This document shows, one piece after another, positions 8,301-17,390 of a DNA stretch of 33,920 bases (positions within the stretch are counted from its first letter, which is position 1; each line of letters opens with the position of its first letter). A program made the position numbers and the translations under genes. The DNA comes from an uncultured Hyphomicrobiales bacterium (GTDB lineage Bacteria > Bacteroidota > Ignavibacteria > Kapaibacteriales > UBA2268), in NCBI GenBank assembly GCA_964628675.1, contig CAZVPQ010000001.1:1-33920 (forward strand). Direction: 5' to 3'. The notes under the pieces were generated by a model, which saw nothing but the letters and a program-made list of their open reading frames with translations, ran no database searches and had not been told where the DNA came from.

Positions 8301-10948
8301 ATATTGAAGCCTCAAATTCTGAACAATATATTAAAGTTTTAGATGAATTAATTAAGCAAAACAGAAAACCTCAAATGATAATTCATTTATGGAATATTAC
8401 TCAACTTTCCGAAAAAGAATTTGATTTTGACGAAGTCGAGACAATAAAAACAATGAATTTTTACAGTATTATTTATACAGAACAAGCATTAATCAAGTTA
8501 AATCTTTTTGATGATGTGCACATTTCAGTTGTTGCAAATGGTACTTTTGATATAACAGGTGAGACGGTATTTTGTCCCGAAAAAGCACTTGCTATTGGAC
8601 CTTGCCGCGTAATAGGCAAAGAATTTCCATCTATGCAGGCAAGATTTATTGATATTACTATTCCTGATGTTGATATTTCAATGAAATATTTAGCTAACAA
8701 TCTAATTAAAGAGACTTTATATAAAGCTAATGAAACCGTTGTAGCATATAGAAAACATCATAGATGGAAGGAAGAATTTAATCAAGTCTATTTAGAAGAA
8801 TCAGATGATAATATTAGAAAACTAAAAGATAATGGAGTTTATTTAATTACAGGCGGTCTCGGAGGTCTCGGTTTATTGTTTTCAAAATTTATTGCAGAAA
8901 CAGTTAAATCAAAACTGATTTTAACTTATTATTCTGATATTCCCAAAAGAGAAGAATGGCAGAATTGGTTAGATACTCACGACAATAATAATTCTACGAG
9001 TGAAAAGATTAATGGGATTATTGAGTTAGAATCACTTGGTGCAGATGTAATGATTTATCAAGTTGATGTAAGCGATTTACAAGGAATGAAAAATTTAGTT
9101 CAAGAAGCGGAAGCTAAATTTGGTACGATAAATGGAATTATTCATTCGGCTGGTATTGCCGGCGGTGGAATTATTTCATTGAAAACACCTGAAATGGCTA
9201 ACCAAGTCTTAGACCCAAAAATTAAAGGAACTATTGTGCTTGATTCAATTTTTGATAAGAAAGAATTGGATTTTATGATTTTATTTTCTTCGATTACTGC
9301 AATTTTGGGAGAAGCCGGTAGAGTTGATTATTGTTCTGCAAATTCATTTTTAGATGCTTATGCTTATTATAAAAATCAAGAAGGACACACTTACACAAGC
9401 TCAATAAACTGGGGGCAATGGGGTGATGTAGGTATGGCTGTTCGTTGGGAAGAATCTCAAGCAAAATCAAAAGCTGAGCTTTTAAAAAAAGCAAAATCAA
9501 TTAATAAAAATGATAAAGCCAAAGAAATTATTCAACTTGTAAAAAAAGAAAATAATCTATCAATTTATCAAGTCAATTTAGACCCTGTTGAGGATTGGGA
9601 AGTAAACAGTCACTTTATTTATGGAATACCTACTGCTGTCGGAACAACATTTATTGATATTCTAAATAAGTATGCTAATTCAATTAATAGCAATGGGTAT
9701 AACATAATTTCAGATTTGTATTTTATGACACCATTAATGTTTCCCGATAGCAAAGAAAGAAAAGTTAGACTTTATGTTAAAAAGCAGAACGACAAATATC
9801 AATGTTCGATAAAGAGTCAGGAGATTGAAAAAGATAGCGATAATGATTCTTGGACTGAACATTGCGTTGCTAATATTCAGGTCGAAAGTCAACAAACAAA
9901 AGAAATTATAGATATTGAAAGTTTAAAAAATAAATTTGGCAATAATGTTCAGAGTGAGTCATTGACAAGGGTGGTAAAAGGAAACGGTGATATTCCACTC
10001 TTGGAATTAGGAGAAAGATGGAATTGCGAAAAACAAATTCATATAGGAGAAAACGAATGGTTGGCTGAAATCGAATTAGACAAAAAATATAATGACGATT
10101 TTATAAATTCTATTTTGCATCCTGCAATGCTTGATGTTGCTACTATGCTGGGCATTCAACACATTACGGATAATCAATTTTTGCCATTTCATTATTCGAG
10201 AATTAAAATCTATTCTTCGATACCTGCTAAGATATTTAGCCATATATACTTTACTAATAAATCAAATGATGATAGCGAAACTCTTTCTTTTGAAATAACA
10301 ATTTTAGATACGGCAGGTAATATTATTTTAGAAATTGAAAATTATACTTTGAAAAAAGTCAAAGAAGATATGCAAATTGGCGAGAGCAAAGACAAAATAA
10401 TAAATTTATCAAATAAATCAAAAAATACTATAACACATAATTTGAAATCAAAAGATATTTTCATTGAAGAAGGTAAAGAAGCATTTAAACGATTTTTATC
10501 GAAAAATAATATTGAGCAAATTGTTATTTCAACAAGTGATTTACATCAATCTATTATTGACAGTTTTCCTACTATAAAATCCGCTGAAGACGATGAAGAT
10601 GCAAGCAAGAAACAGAGTTCGGCGTATGAAAGACCTGCTTTATCTACTCCTTACGTTGAGCCGACAAATGAAATCGAAAAAGCAATTTCGGAAATTTGGC
10701 AATCTATACTCGGGATAGATAAAATCGGTATAAATGATGATTTCACTGAACTCGGGGGTAATTCTTTGCTTGCTATTCAAACTCTTGCTAATATTTCGGA
10801 TACGTTCCAAGTTGAAATGCAAGCCGAAGATTTTTTCAAGAATTCAACTGTTAAAGGTTTAGCGGAAGTAATTCTTGAATTATTGCTTTCTTTAACCAAT
10901 GAAGACGATTTGGAGGAATTAATTTCTTCTATTGACGATGAGGATTAA
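5363..10948 (+). CDS. Type I polyketide synthase module: KS-AT-KR-DH-carrier (KR precedes DH; the carrier has a PCP-like GGNSL motif)
   Basis: KS (~5411-6691): DPQHRVFLE, VQCACSTS (active-site Cys), EAHGTAT, NIGHTDSASG. AT (~6965-7852): FPGQGNQY, GHSVGE, HAFH (malonyl-type motif). KR (~8825-9397, preceded by a psiKR-like region from ~8084): ITGGLGGLG, HSAGIAGGG, YCSANSFLD. DH-like double hot-dog (~9560-10357): NSHFIYGIP and LHPAMLDVA. Carrier (~10664-10882): DDFTELGGNSLLAIQ. The C-terminus is acidic (NEDDLEELISSIDDED). Position 5363 is TTG; the ATG at 5378 (MTNLNEV) is the more likely start and overlaps the upstream gene by 17 nt. Confidence 0.93.
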   Translation: MKSIIMTNLNEVEFDQQIAIVGMACHLPGAKNTEEFWNNLINGVESISTFTDEELLEAGVEPELIQSPNYVKSRGIINGAEYFDASFFGFTPREAELMDPQHRVFLECAWHALEDAAYNPEKSNARIGVYGGTGTPWHLFQANMNPEVKKFASGTSIVTSNDKDYVATRVSYKLNLTGPSVNVQCACSTSMVAVILGMNSLLNYQCDMVLAGGSTIELPEKKGYIYQQGGLESPDGHCRTFDEGANGTVFSRGAGVVLIKRLNDAIKDGDNIYAVIKGGAINNDGNKKVGFTAPSIEGQIEVITETIELADIKPETISYVEAHGTATQIGDPIEVSSLIQAFEQFTDKKQFCAIGSVKTNIGHTDSASGVSSLIKAALSLKNRKIPASLNYYKPNPQIDFENSPFFVNTELRKWIPNGSPLRALVNSFGVGGTNACVVLEEAPDIKSDDIDIPNKLLVLSAKSREALEQSKNNLANYIGDKQNVNLNDLVYTYQIGRKYFNNRGFLTFKNRDELLEKLNNENSLQVNLLDKEDKPIVFMFPGQGNQYVNMGLELYNNEKVFKDAVDECCKIILEEFGFNLKDIIYPNNENYNLAIEKINQTKYTQPALFVISYAQAKLLMSWEIEPDVMIGHSVGEYVAACISGVFSLRDAVKAITKRGELIQSLPGGSMLAILLSKDEVQPFLSSTVEIAAINNPSLTVVAGPDEDIDKLIEELSSKKIFNKRLSTSHAFHSQMMEAIMPEFEKYFSNIDLHPPQIPIISTVSGDTMAEQQALDIHYWVQHVRKAVVFAYAAKTCIDDKPYVFIEVGPGQSLESAVKRQLDRDSEHSVISTMPSANDEIPDLEYLTTALGRLWISGVSISWQNYYKEQNRKRISLPGYPFERKPYSIDFSKNKDIKVEKANQKESDIGKWFYLPSWARSSSLDLLMNDQDYENKNCWLIFNDDLGLAKTISEQLKNDGKDIINIFASDKYHQENENTFYIEASNSEQYIKVLDELIKQNRKPQMIIHLWNITQLSEKEFDFDEVETIKTMNFYSIIYTEQALIKLNLFDDVHISVVANGTFDITGETVFCPEKALAIGPCRVIGKEFPSMQARFIDITIPDVDISMKYLANNLIKETLYKANETVVAYRKHHRWKEEFNQVYLEESDDNIRKLKDNGVYLITGGLGGLGLLFSKFIAETVKSKLILTYYSDIPKREEWQNWLDTHDNNNSTSEKINGIIELESLGADVMIYQVDVSDLQGMKNLVQEAEAKFGTINGIIHSAGIAGGGIISLKTPEMANQVLDPKIKGTIVLDSIFDKKELDFMILFSSITAILGEAGRVDYCSANSFLDAYAYYKNQEGHTYTSSINWGQWGDVGMAVRWEESQAKSKAELLKKAKSINKNDKAKEIIQLVKKENNLSIYQVNLDPVEDWEVNSHFIYGIPTAVGTTFIDILNKYANSINSNGYNIISDLYFMTPLMFPDSKERKVRLYVKKQNDKYQCSIKSQEIEKDSDNDSWTEHCVANIQVESQQTKEIIDIESLKNKFGNNVQSESLTRVVKGNGDIPLLELGERWNCEKQIHIGENEWLAEIELDKKYNDDFINSILHPAMLDVATMLGIQHITDNQFLPFHYSRIKIYSSIPAKIFSHIYFTNKSNDDSETLSFEITILDTAGNIILEIENYTLKKVKEDMQIGESKDKIINLSNKSKNTITHNLKSKDIFIEEGKEAFKRFLSKNNIEQIVISTSDLHQSIIDSFPTIKSAEDDEDASKKQSSAYERPALSTPYVEPTNEIEKAISEIWQSILGIDKIGINDDFTELGGNSLLAIQTLANISDTFQVEMQAEDFFKNSTVKGLAEVILELLLSLTNEDDLEELISSIDDED

Positions 10949-10993
10949 GATGTTATATCTAACAAATTTAAAATTAAGTTATTAAAAAATATT

Positions 10994-12145
10994 ATGGCTG
11001 ATTTATCAAATCGTTTGGCAAATTTATCTCCTGAGAAAAGGGCTTTGCTTTTACAAAAGCTTAAATCTCAAAAAAATGGAGATTTGAAACCAAGAGCAAA
11101 TATAAATAAAGGCACATTCGTCCCCGGAAAAGATGAGAATTTTAGTTGCGAGATTATCCAACCCGGAAATTTTACTAACTTGGATTTTCGCAGGGCAAAT
11201 TTAACAGCACCTAATCCTTGGCAAATTCAAATTAAAGCCAAAGCCGCAAGTTTGAATTTCAGAGATTTAATGATTGCTATGAATATGTATCCCAAGACTC
11301 CGGGAGTACCTTCCGTTATGGGGTCGGATTATTCAGGCATTGTAAGCGCTGTGGGAAATAATGTAAAGAATTTTAAAATTGGTGATGAAGTTATTGCTTT
11401 GTCCGCCGGAAATTTTTTAGAAAATGGAAGTATCGAAGAGAATAGCCATTTTTGTGGTTATTTCAATGGTTCCGAAAAACAAGCTGTACATAAACCTAAG
11501 AATATTAATTTTGAGGAAGCGGCTGGTATTCCTACTGTATTTCTTACGAGTTACTATTCATTGCTTAATGTAGCCAAATTACAACTGAATGAAAAAGTAT
11601 TGATACATACAGCCACCGGAGGTATAGGATTATCAGCTTTACAAATTGCCAAATGGATAGGAGCCGAAATATTTGCTACTGCCGGTTCAATTGAGAAACG
11701 TGATTATCTTAAATCATTAGGTATTAAAAACCCGATGGATTCACGTTCGACAGATTTTGCTCGAAAAGTTATGGAATTGACTAATAACGAAGGTGTAGAT
11801 GTTGTACTTAATACTCTTTCCGGTGAAGCAGGAAATATGGGTTTAGAGATTTTATCTGATTTTGGTTGTTTTTTGCAAATTGATAAAAAAGATATTGCGC
11901 AAAATAATAAGTTAGAGCTTAGATATTTTAACAAAGGTATAAGCTATACGGCTATTGATTTATCACTATTTTTAAAACAACCCGATAGATTGAATAAAAT
12001 TTTTAATGAAATAATAAATCATATAAGAGAAGAACATTTTAAACCGATAAAATATAAAGCATATTCTATTTGGGATTTGGGCGAAGCACTGACTTATATG
12101 TCCCGTTCACAACATATTGGTAAGATTGTTTTAAAATATGATTAA
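10994..12145 (+). CDS. Stand-alone enoyl reductase (MDR / quinone-oxidoreductase-like PKS_ER type) with an N-terminal docking-like extension
   Basis: MDR/ER motifs: SLNFRDLM, GSDYSGIVSAVG, IGDEVIAL, VLIHTATGGIGLSALQIAKWIGAEIFATAGS (NAD(P)H fold). The first ~30 aa (MADLSNRLANLSPEKRALLLQKLKSQK) are not part of the ER fold and resemble the N-terminus of the next NRPS. Confidence 0.85.
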   Translation: MADLSNRLANLSPEKRALLLQKLKSQKNGDLKPRANINKGTFVPGKDENFSCEIIQPGNFTNLDFRRANLTAPNPWQIQIKAKAASLNFRDLMIAMNMYPKTPGVPSVMGSDYSGIVSAVGNNVKNFKIGDEVIALSAGNFLENGSIEENSHFCGYFNGSEKQAVHKPKNINFEEAAGIPTVFLTSYYSLLNVAKLQLNEKVLIHTATGGIGLSALQIAKWIGAEIFATAGSIEKRDYLKSLGIKNPMDSRSTDFARKVMELTNNEGVDVVLNTLSGEAGNMGLEILSDFGCFLQIDKKDIAQNNKLELRYFNKGISYTAIDLSLFLKQPDRLNKIFNEIINHIREEHFKPIKYKAYSIWDLGEALTYMSRSQHIGKIVLKYD

Positions 12146-12182
12146 TCTTACTTACAATTTATAAAATAAAATATTAGAATAG

Positions 12183-15100
12183 ATGAAAAAAGAATTAGCA
12201 AATCGGTTGTCATCAATGACGCCGGAAGAAATAAGGTCTCTTCTGAAAAGAAATCCAAAAAAATCTTTGGATAAGGCAAAAGAAAAATTAAAAATGGAAA
12301 GAAATGAGAAAGAGAAATATCCACTTTCAAGCACTCAGGAAAGGACTTGGTTTTTATGTCAATTAAATTCGGGAAGCCCAATAAATAATAATGCTTTTGC
12401 CATTAAAATGAAATCAAAAACCAGAGTAAAACCGGAAATCTTTGAACAAGCTCTGAAATTACTTGCCGATAGACATGAAATTTTACGGACATCATTTCAT
12501 AGTAGGAAAGGACGACCATTTCAAAAAATTCATAAATCCGTTGATTTCAAAGTTGAATATTTAGATTTACAGCATTTATCCAAGAGAAATAGAGAGGATA
12601 AAATTATTGGGGAAGCGGTCAAAGAAGCACATAAAATATTTGATTTATCTAAATGCCCATTGCTTAATTTTAAAATATTACATATTGAAAAAAATGAATA
12701 TGTCTATTTGATAACTCCACATCATATTATTTCCGATGGCTGGTCAAATGCTATTTTTTCAAGAGAATTTATACAGATATATACATCTTTGGTAAATAAT
12801 ACATCATTAAATCTTCCTGAATTGAACTACCAATATGTTGATTATGTCAATTGGGAAAAACATTGGTTACAAAGTGATAAATATAAAGAATACTTAAACT
12901 ATTGGAAAAAACAACTTGAAAATATAGAAGTTTTAGAGTTCCCGAAAGATTTCCAAAGACCAAATATTATGTCCACTGATGGCGCGATGGAAAGCATAGT
13001 TCTTGATGATAATTTAGCAAAAGAATTAAAAGATTTTAGCCAGCAAAGAGCTGTAAATTTATTTTCTACGCTTTTATCAATATTTAATATTCTTCTCTAT
13101 AAATATACAGGGCAAAATAATATTACAATCGGTACTCCGATGGCTAATCATAATAAAAATGAATTCCAAAATGTTATGGGAATGTTTTTAAATACTTTGC
13201 CTATACCTACTGTAATCAATGAAAATAATACATTTGTGGAATATATAAATCAAACAAGTAAAATTAGTCAGGGGGCATTTATTCATCAGGAGTTACCTTT
13301 TGACAAACTTATAGAAGAATTAAAACCTCCACGTGATATGAGCAAGCACCCTTTGTTCCAAATTATGTTTGTTTTTCAGAATATTCCTTCTCTTTATAAG
13401 ACCAATGGTATTGATATGATACCATTGAAAATCGATTATCATTTATCCAAATTCGATATTGATTTATGGGTCGAAGAAGCTGACAATAAAATGATAATAT
13501 CTCTTAAATATTTTACTGATTTATTTAAAAAATCCACTATTCGAAGGTTTTTGAAGCACTATCAAATTTTAATGAATGATGCAGTTTCAAACCCAAATAA
13601 AATGATTGTTGATTTGAATTATATTCCTAATGATGAAAAAATATTTTTGTTATCAAATGCTTCAAAACAAAAATTTAAAAATAGTGATAAAACGTTTATT
13701 GATTATTTTGAAAAGCAAGCAAATTCGCATAAAGAAAATTTAGCAGTACAATATCTTGAAAAAACAGTTTCTTATCAAGAGTTGAATGCTCTTGCAAATT
13801 CATTAGCTCATTATCTCAGAAAAAAAGGTATAAAAAAGGGAGATATAGTAGGTCTTATGACAAAGCGTTCCGAAAAGTCAATTATTGCTATGATAGGAAT
13901 AATGAAATCCGGTGCCGCGTATTTGCCTATTGATTCATCTACTCCTGCCGAAAGATTAAAATATATTATTGATAATTCTAAAATTAAAACAATTCTTACA
14001 GAGAAAATATTTAGTAAGAAGTTAAGAGATTATGAAATAGAACAAGTCCTTATTGATGAAAATTGGCAAAAAATCATTAATGAAGATAAAAATAATTTGG
14101 ATATAGATATTAATCTTTCCGATTTAGCTTATATTATCTATACATCAGGAACTACCGGAATGCCAAAAGGTGTTTGTATTGAACATAGGCAATTACTTAA
14201 TTATACTTTGTCAATATGGAGCAAGATGAAACTCCCGGGTATTAACCGTTTTGCAACCGTTTCATCATTGTCGGCGGATTTGGGCAATACAATGATTTTC
14301 CCTGCTCTCTCCAATGGTGCCTCGGTTAATATCATAGATGATGATTACCTGACAAATTTAGAACTTTTTTCGTCTTATATTGCAGGAAATAAAATTGATT
14401 GTATTAAACTGACTCCTTCACATCTCAATAGTTTACTGACGAGTGAAAATAAATCTGTTTTGCCTGAGAAACTTTTAGTTTTAGGAGGGGAAACATTGTC
14501 TTGGCAATTAATTGACAGGATCAGAAAACTTAAACCCGAATTACGAATCATAAATCATTATGGTCCAACAGAAACTACAACCGGTGTTTTGACTTATGAA
14601 ATCCCATTGTCGAATTATAAGAAAAAAGAACAATTTTCAGTTCCGATTGGATTCCCACTTGATAATTCGCAAATTTATATTTTAGATAAATATTTGAAAG
14701 TGGTCCCTATCGGAGTTAAAGGCGAAATATATATTGGAGGTGAAAATCTTGCAAATGGGTATATGAATAATTCGGAGCTAACGCAAAAATATTTTATTCA
14801 AAATCCTTTTAACATAAATGAAAGATTATATAAAACGGGAGATTTTGCGAAGTACCTTGATGACAACACAATTCTTTTTCTTGGTAGGAAAGACAAACAA
14901 GTTAAAATACGTGGATATAGAGTTGAATTAGAAGGAATTGAACAAATAATTTCTAATCATCAAGATATTATGCAGGTTGTTTTATTAAAGAAAAGTAAAA
15001 CCGAACAGCTGATTGCATACATTAAGTTTAAAGAAAACACAATAATAACAGAAGAAAGTTTAAGGAATTATCTAAAACCCAAACTGCCTACATATATGAT

Positions 15101-16316
15101 TCCCGATATTTTCATTTTTGTGGACGAGATTCCGATTACGAAAAATGGGAAAATTAATTTTGATAAATTGATTGCAATTGGCGAGAGTAAATCTGTTGAC
15201 GAACCATCTTCTCAAGCTCCGAGAGATAATTTAGAGTTGGAAATAACAAACGTTTGGAAAAAAATATTAAGCATAAATAAAATTGGTATAAATGATAACT
15301 TTTTTGAAATAGGTGGTCAATCTTTGATTGCTGTTGAATTATTTTCCGAACTACATAAGAAATTTGATATTGATTTGCCACTGTCAGTTTTATTTGAAAA
15401 CGGAACTATTAAAGATTTAGCAGAAATTATCAGGTCAAAAAATAAATATAGTAATAACTCTCCATTGGTAACAATTCAAGAAGGGGATAATAAAAGTCCG
15501 ATATTTTTAGTCCACCCTGCCGGTGGAAATGTGTTAAGTTATTATGATTTTAGTCAATCAATGGGCAAATCTTATCCCGTTTACGGCTTGCAATCAACTT
15601 TGGAATTGGATTGGAATTCTCCTGATTTCTCCATTAATAAGATGGCAAGATATTATTTAGACGTGATATTATCTTCGGGATTTAAACCTCCTTTTATTTT
15701 CGGTGGCTGGTCAATGGGTGCATTAGTTGCTTATGAAATGGCAATTATATGCCAAAAAGAAAATATTTCAATGCCATTAGTTATTGTAATCGACCAAGTA
15801 GCACCTGAAAATGACAAAGTTAAAAATTATCGACAAATCAATGAATTAGATCGTCTAACAATTTTTGCAGATAAAGTAGGGCATCTAATCAAACACAAAC
15901 TTGATATAACAAGAGAGCAATTAAACAATCTTACTGCAAAGGAAACTGCGAATTTGTTTTTAAATGAATTTAAAAAACATAATCTTGTGCCAGCTGATGT
16001 GCAATTAGAAAAATTCAAAGATTTTCTTGATATTATGATAAAACATAATGAAGTAACGATGGATTACAATCCCGAAATATACAATGGCAAGGTTCTAATT
16101 ATTAAAGCAGAGCATTCATTTGAAATTGATTCTTCATTGAAAAAAGCTTCGGAATTATTTAGACCAAGAGCCAAAGATTTAGGTTGGCAAGTATATATTA
16201 AGAATAATGTAAATATCATTCTTGTACCGGGCGATCATATTTCTATGATGACAAAACCTAATATCAATATTTTAGCAGAAAAACTAAAACATTGGATTGA
16301 AGATAATAATTTATAA
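12183..16316 (+). CDS. Non-ribosomal peptide synthetase termination module: (docking)-C-A-T-TE; A-domain code resembles Asp
   Basis: C (~12315-13622): HHIISDGWS. A (~13695-15173): IIYTSGTTGMPKG, NHYGPTETT, YKTGDF, GRKDKQVKIRGYRVEL, NGKINFDKL. T (~15216-15437): FFEIGGQSL. TE (~15481-16307): FLVHPAGGN, GGWSMGA (GxSxG), VPGDHISMM. The hand-extracted specificity code is DLTKVGHTGK. Confidence 0.95.
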   Translation: MKKELANRLSSMTPEEIRSLLKRNPKKSLDKAKEKLKMERNEKEKYPLSSTQERTWFLCQLNSGSPINNNAFAIKMKSKTRVKPEIFEQALKLLADRHEILRTSFHSRKGRPFQKIHKSVDFKVEYLDLQHLSKRNREDKIIGEAVKEAHKIFDLSKCPLLNFKILHIEKNEYVYLITPHHIISDGWSNAIFSREFIQIYTSLVNNTSLNLPELNYQYVDYVNWEKHWLQSDKYKEYLNYWKKQLENIEVLEFPKDFQRPNIMSTDGAMESIVLDDNLAKELKDFSQQRAVNLFSTLLSIFNILLYKYTGQNNITIGTPMANHNKNEFQNVMGMFLNTLPIPTVINENNTFVEYINQTSKISQGAFIHQELPFDKLIEELKPPRDMSKHPLFQIMFVFQNIPSLYKTNGIDMIPLKIDYHLSKFDIDLWVEEADNKMIISLKYFTDLFKKSTIRRFLKHYQILMNDAVSNPNKMIVDLNYIPNDEKIFLLSNASKQKFKNSDKTFIDYFEKQANSHKENLAVQYLEKTVSYQELNALANSLAHYLRKKGIKKGDIVGLMTKRSEKSIIAMIGIMKSGAAYLPIDSSTPAERLKYIIDNSKIKTILTEKIFSKKLRDYEIEQVLIDENWQKIINEDKNNLDIDINLSDLAYIIYTSGTTGMPKGVCIEHRQLLNYTLSIWSKMKLPGINRFATVSSLSADLGNTMIFPALSNGASVNIIDDDYLTNLELFSSYIAGNKIDCIKLTPSHLNSLLTSENKSVLPEKLLVLGGETLSWQLIDRIRKLKPELRIINHYGPTETTTGVLTYEIPLSNYKKKEQFSVPIGFPLDNSQIYILDKYLKVVPIGVKGEIYIGGENLANGYMNNSELTQKYFIQNPFNINERLYKTGDFAKYLDDNTILFLGRKDKQVKIRGYRVELEGIEQIISNHQDIMQVVLLKKSKTEQLIAYIKFKENTIITEESLRNYLKPKLPTYMIPDIFIFVDEIPITKNGKINFDKLIAIGESKSVDEPSSQAPRDNLELEITNVWKKILSINKIGINDNFFEIGGQSLIAVELFSELHKKFDIDLPLSVLFENGTIKDLAEIIRSKNKYSNNSPLVTIQEGDNKSPIFLVHPAGGNVLSYYDFSQSMGKSYPVYGLQSTLELDWNSPDFSINKMARYYLDVILSSGFKPPFIFGGWSMGALVAYEMAIICQKENISMPLVIVIDQVAPENDKVKNYRQINELDRLTIFADKVGHLIKHKLDITREQLNNLTAKETANLFLNEFKKHNLVPADVQLEKFKDFLDIMIKHNEVTMDYNPEIYNGKVLIIKAEHSFEIDSSLKKASELFRPRAKDLGWQVYIKNNVNIILVPGDHISMMTKPNINILAEKLKHWIEDNNL

Positions 16317-16333
16317 ACAAAATTAATACTACG

Positions 16334-17383
16334 ATGGAAAAAACATCTAATAATAAAGATAAAACAAAAGAATATGCTTCGATGATTGACAATTTTATTT
16401 ATGGCAATTGGCTCACAAGTATAACTTATACCTTTGCCGAATTAGCAATCGCTGATATTTTATATAAAAATCCTTTGGATATTGATGAGATTAGCAAAAG
16501 GACTGATACAAATCCGAAATTACTTAAAAGATTTCTCAGATGTGCCGCTAATCTTGGTTTTGTCAGAACAAGCGAAAACAAATATTACATTGCACCAATG
16601 GGAGATTTGTTAAGAACTGAGCATCCTCTCAGCAGAAGGGACGCCGCAAGACTCAACGGTGCTAATTATCGCTATCAGCCTTGGGGTTATCTTGTTGACA
16701 TTCTAAGGCAAGGCAATAGTCAATCGTTCTCACCAACTTTTGAAAAAGGTAGTCTCAATTATCTATCCGATAAGCCTGAATTACTTGAAGTATTTCATAA
16801 TGCTATGACAAGAATAACCGAAGAAGAAAATTTGCCGATTGTGTCTTCTTATGATTTTTCAAAGTTTAAACATATTGTAGATATTGGTTGTGGTCTCGGT
16901 AGTTTTCTAAAAACTATTCTCAGAGAAAATGAGCATATTAAAGGCACAATGTTTGATTTGGAATCGACATTAAATATGGAAGATAATATTATTGAAGATG
17001 ATTTAAAAGATAGACTTGATAAGGTATCAGGCGATTTTTTTAATGACACTATTCCTAATGCTGATTTATATATTTTGAAAAATGTAATTCATAATTGGAA
17101 TGAAGAAAACGCTTTAAAATTATTGAAAAATATTTATACTTCTATGTCTTCAGATAAAAATAATGTTGCAGATAAACGATTGCTTATAATTGAAAATACT
17201 ATTAAAGATAATGATGATTATAATATTGCAAATTGGATGGACTTGAATTTTATGATTTTAGTTGATGGTGCCGAAAGGTCTGTTAACGACTATAAATCTT
17301 TTGTTCAGGAAGCCGGTTTTAAAATATCAAATGTTATTCCTACTCCAACAGGGAGAGATATTATTGAATTAACAATAGCATAA
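16334..17383 (+). CDS. SAM-dependent O-methyltransferase (COMT-like / Methyltransf_2 family)
   Basis: An N-terminal dimerisation-like region is followed by the SAM motif VDIGCGLGSF, then DLYILKNVIHNWNEENALKLLKN (catalytic His context) and a C-terminus typical of small-molecule O-MTs. It lies 17 nt downstream of the NRPS stop. Confidence 0.85.
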   Translation: MEKTSNNKDKTKEYASMIDNFIYGNWLTSITYTFAELAIADILYKNPLDIDEISKRTDTNPKLLKRFLRCAANLGFVRTSENKYYIAPMGDLLRTEHPLSRRDAARLNGANYRYQPWGYLVDILRQGNSQSFSPTFEKGSLNYLSDKPELLEVFHNAMTRITEEENLPIVSSYDFSKFKHIVDIGCGLGSFLKTILRENEHIKGTMFDLESTLNMEDNIIEDDLKDRLDKVSGDFFNDTIPNADLYILKNVIHNWNEENALKLLKNIYTSMSSDKNNVADKRLLIIENTIKDNDDYNIANWMDLNFMILVDGAERSVNDYKSFVQEAGFKISNVIPTPTGRDIIELTIA

Positions 17384-17390
17384 AATTTTT

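Noticed and set aside
6535-10822. Minus-strand ORFs of 60-109 aa (6535-6774, 7198-7527, 7535-7822, 8473-8700, 9294-9500, 10640-10822) inside the PKS gene
   Set aside because: All lie antisense within a CDS that has continuous, motif-rich PKS domains. Their products are low-complexity with no recognisable motifs. In AT-rich DNA, antisense frames of long genes often stay open by chance.
11704-12381. Minus-strand ORFs 11704-11934, 12148-12381 and 12152-12334, overlapping the ER gene and the NRPS start
   Set aside because: They are antisense to well-supported genes. They have Phe/Leu/Ser-rich, mirror-of-Lys/Glu composition and no start context or motifs.
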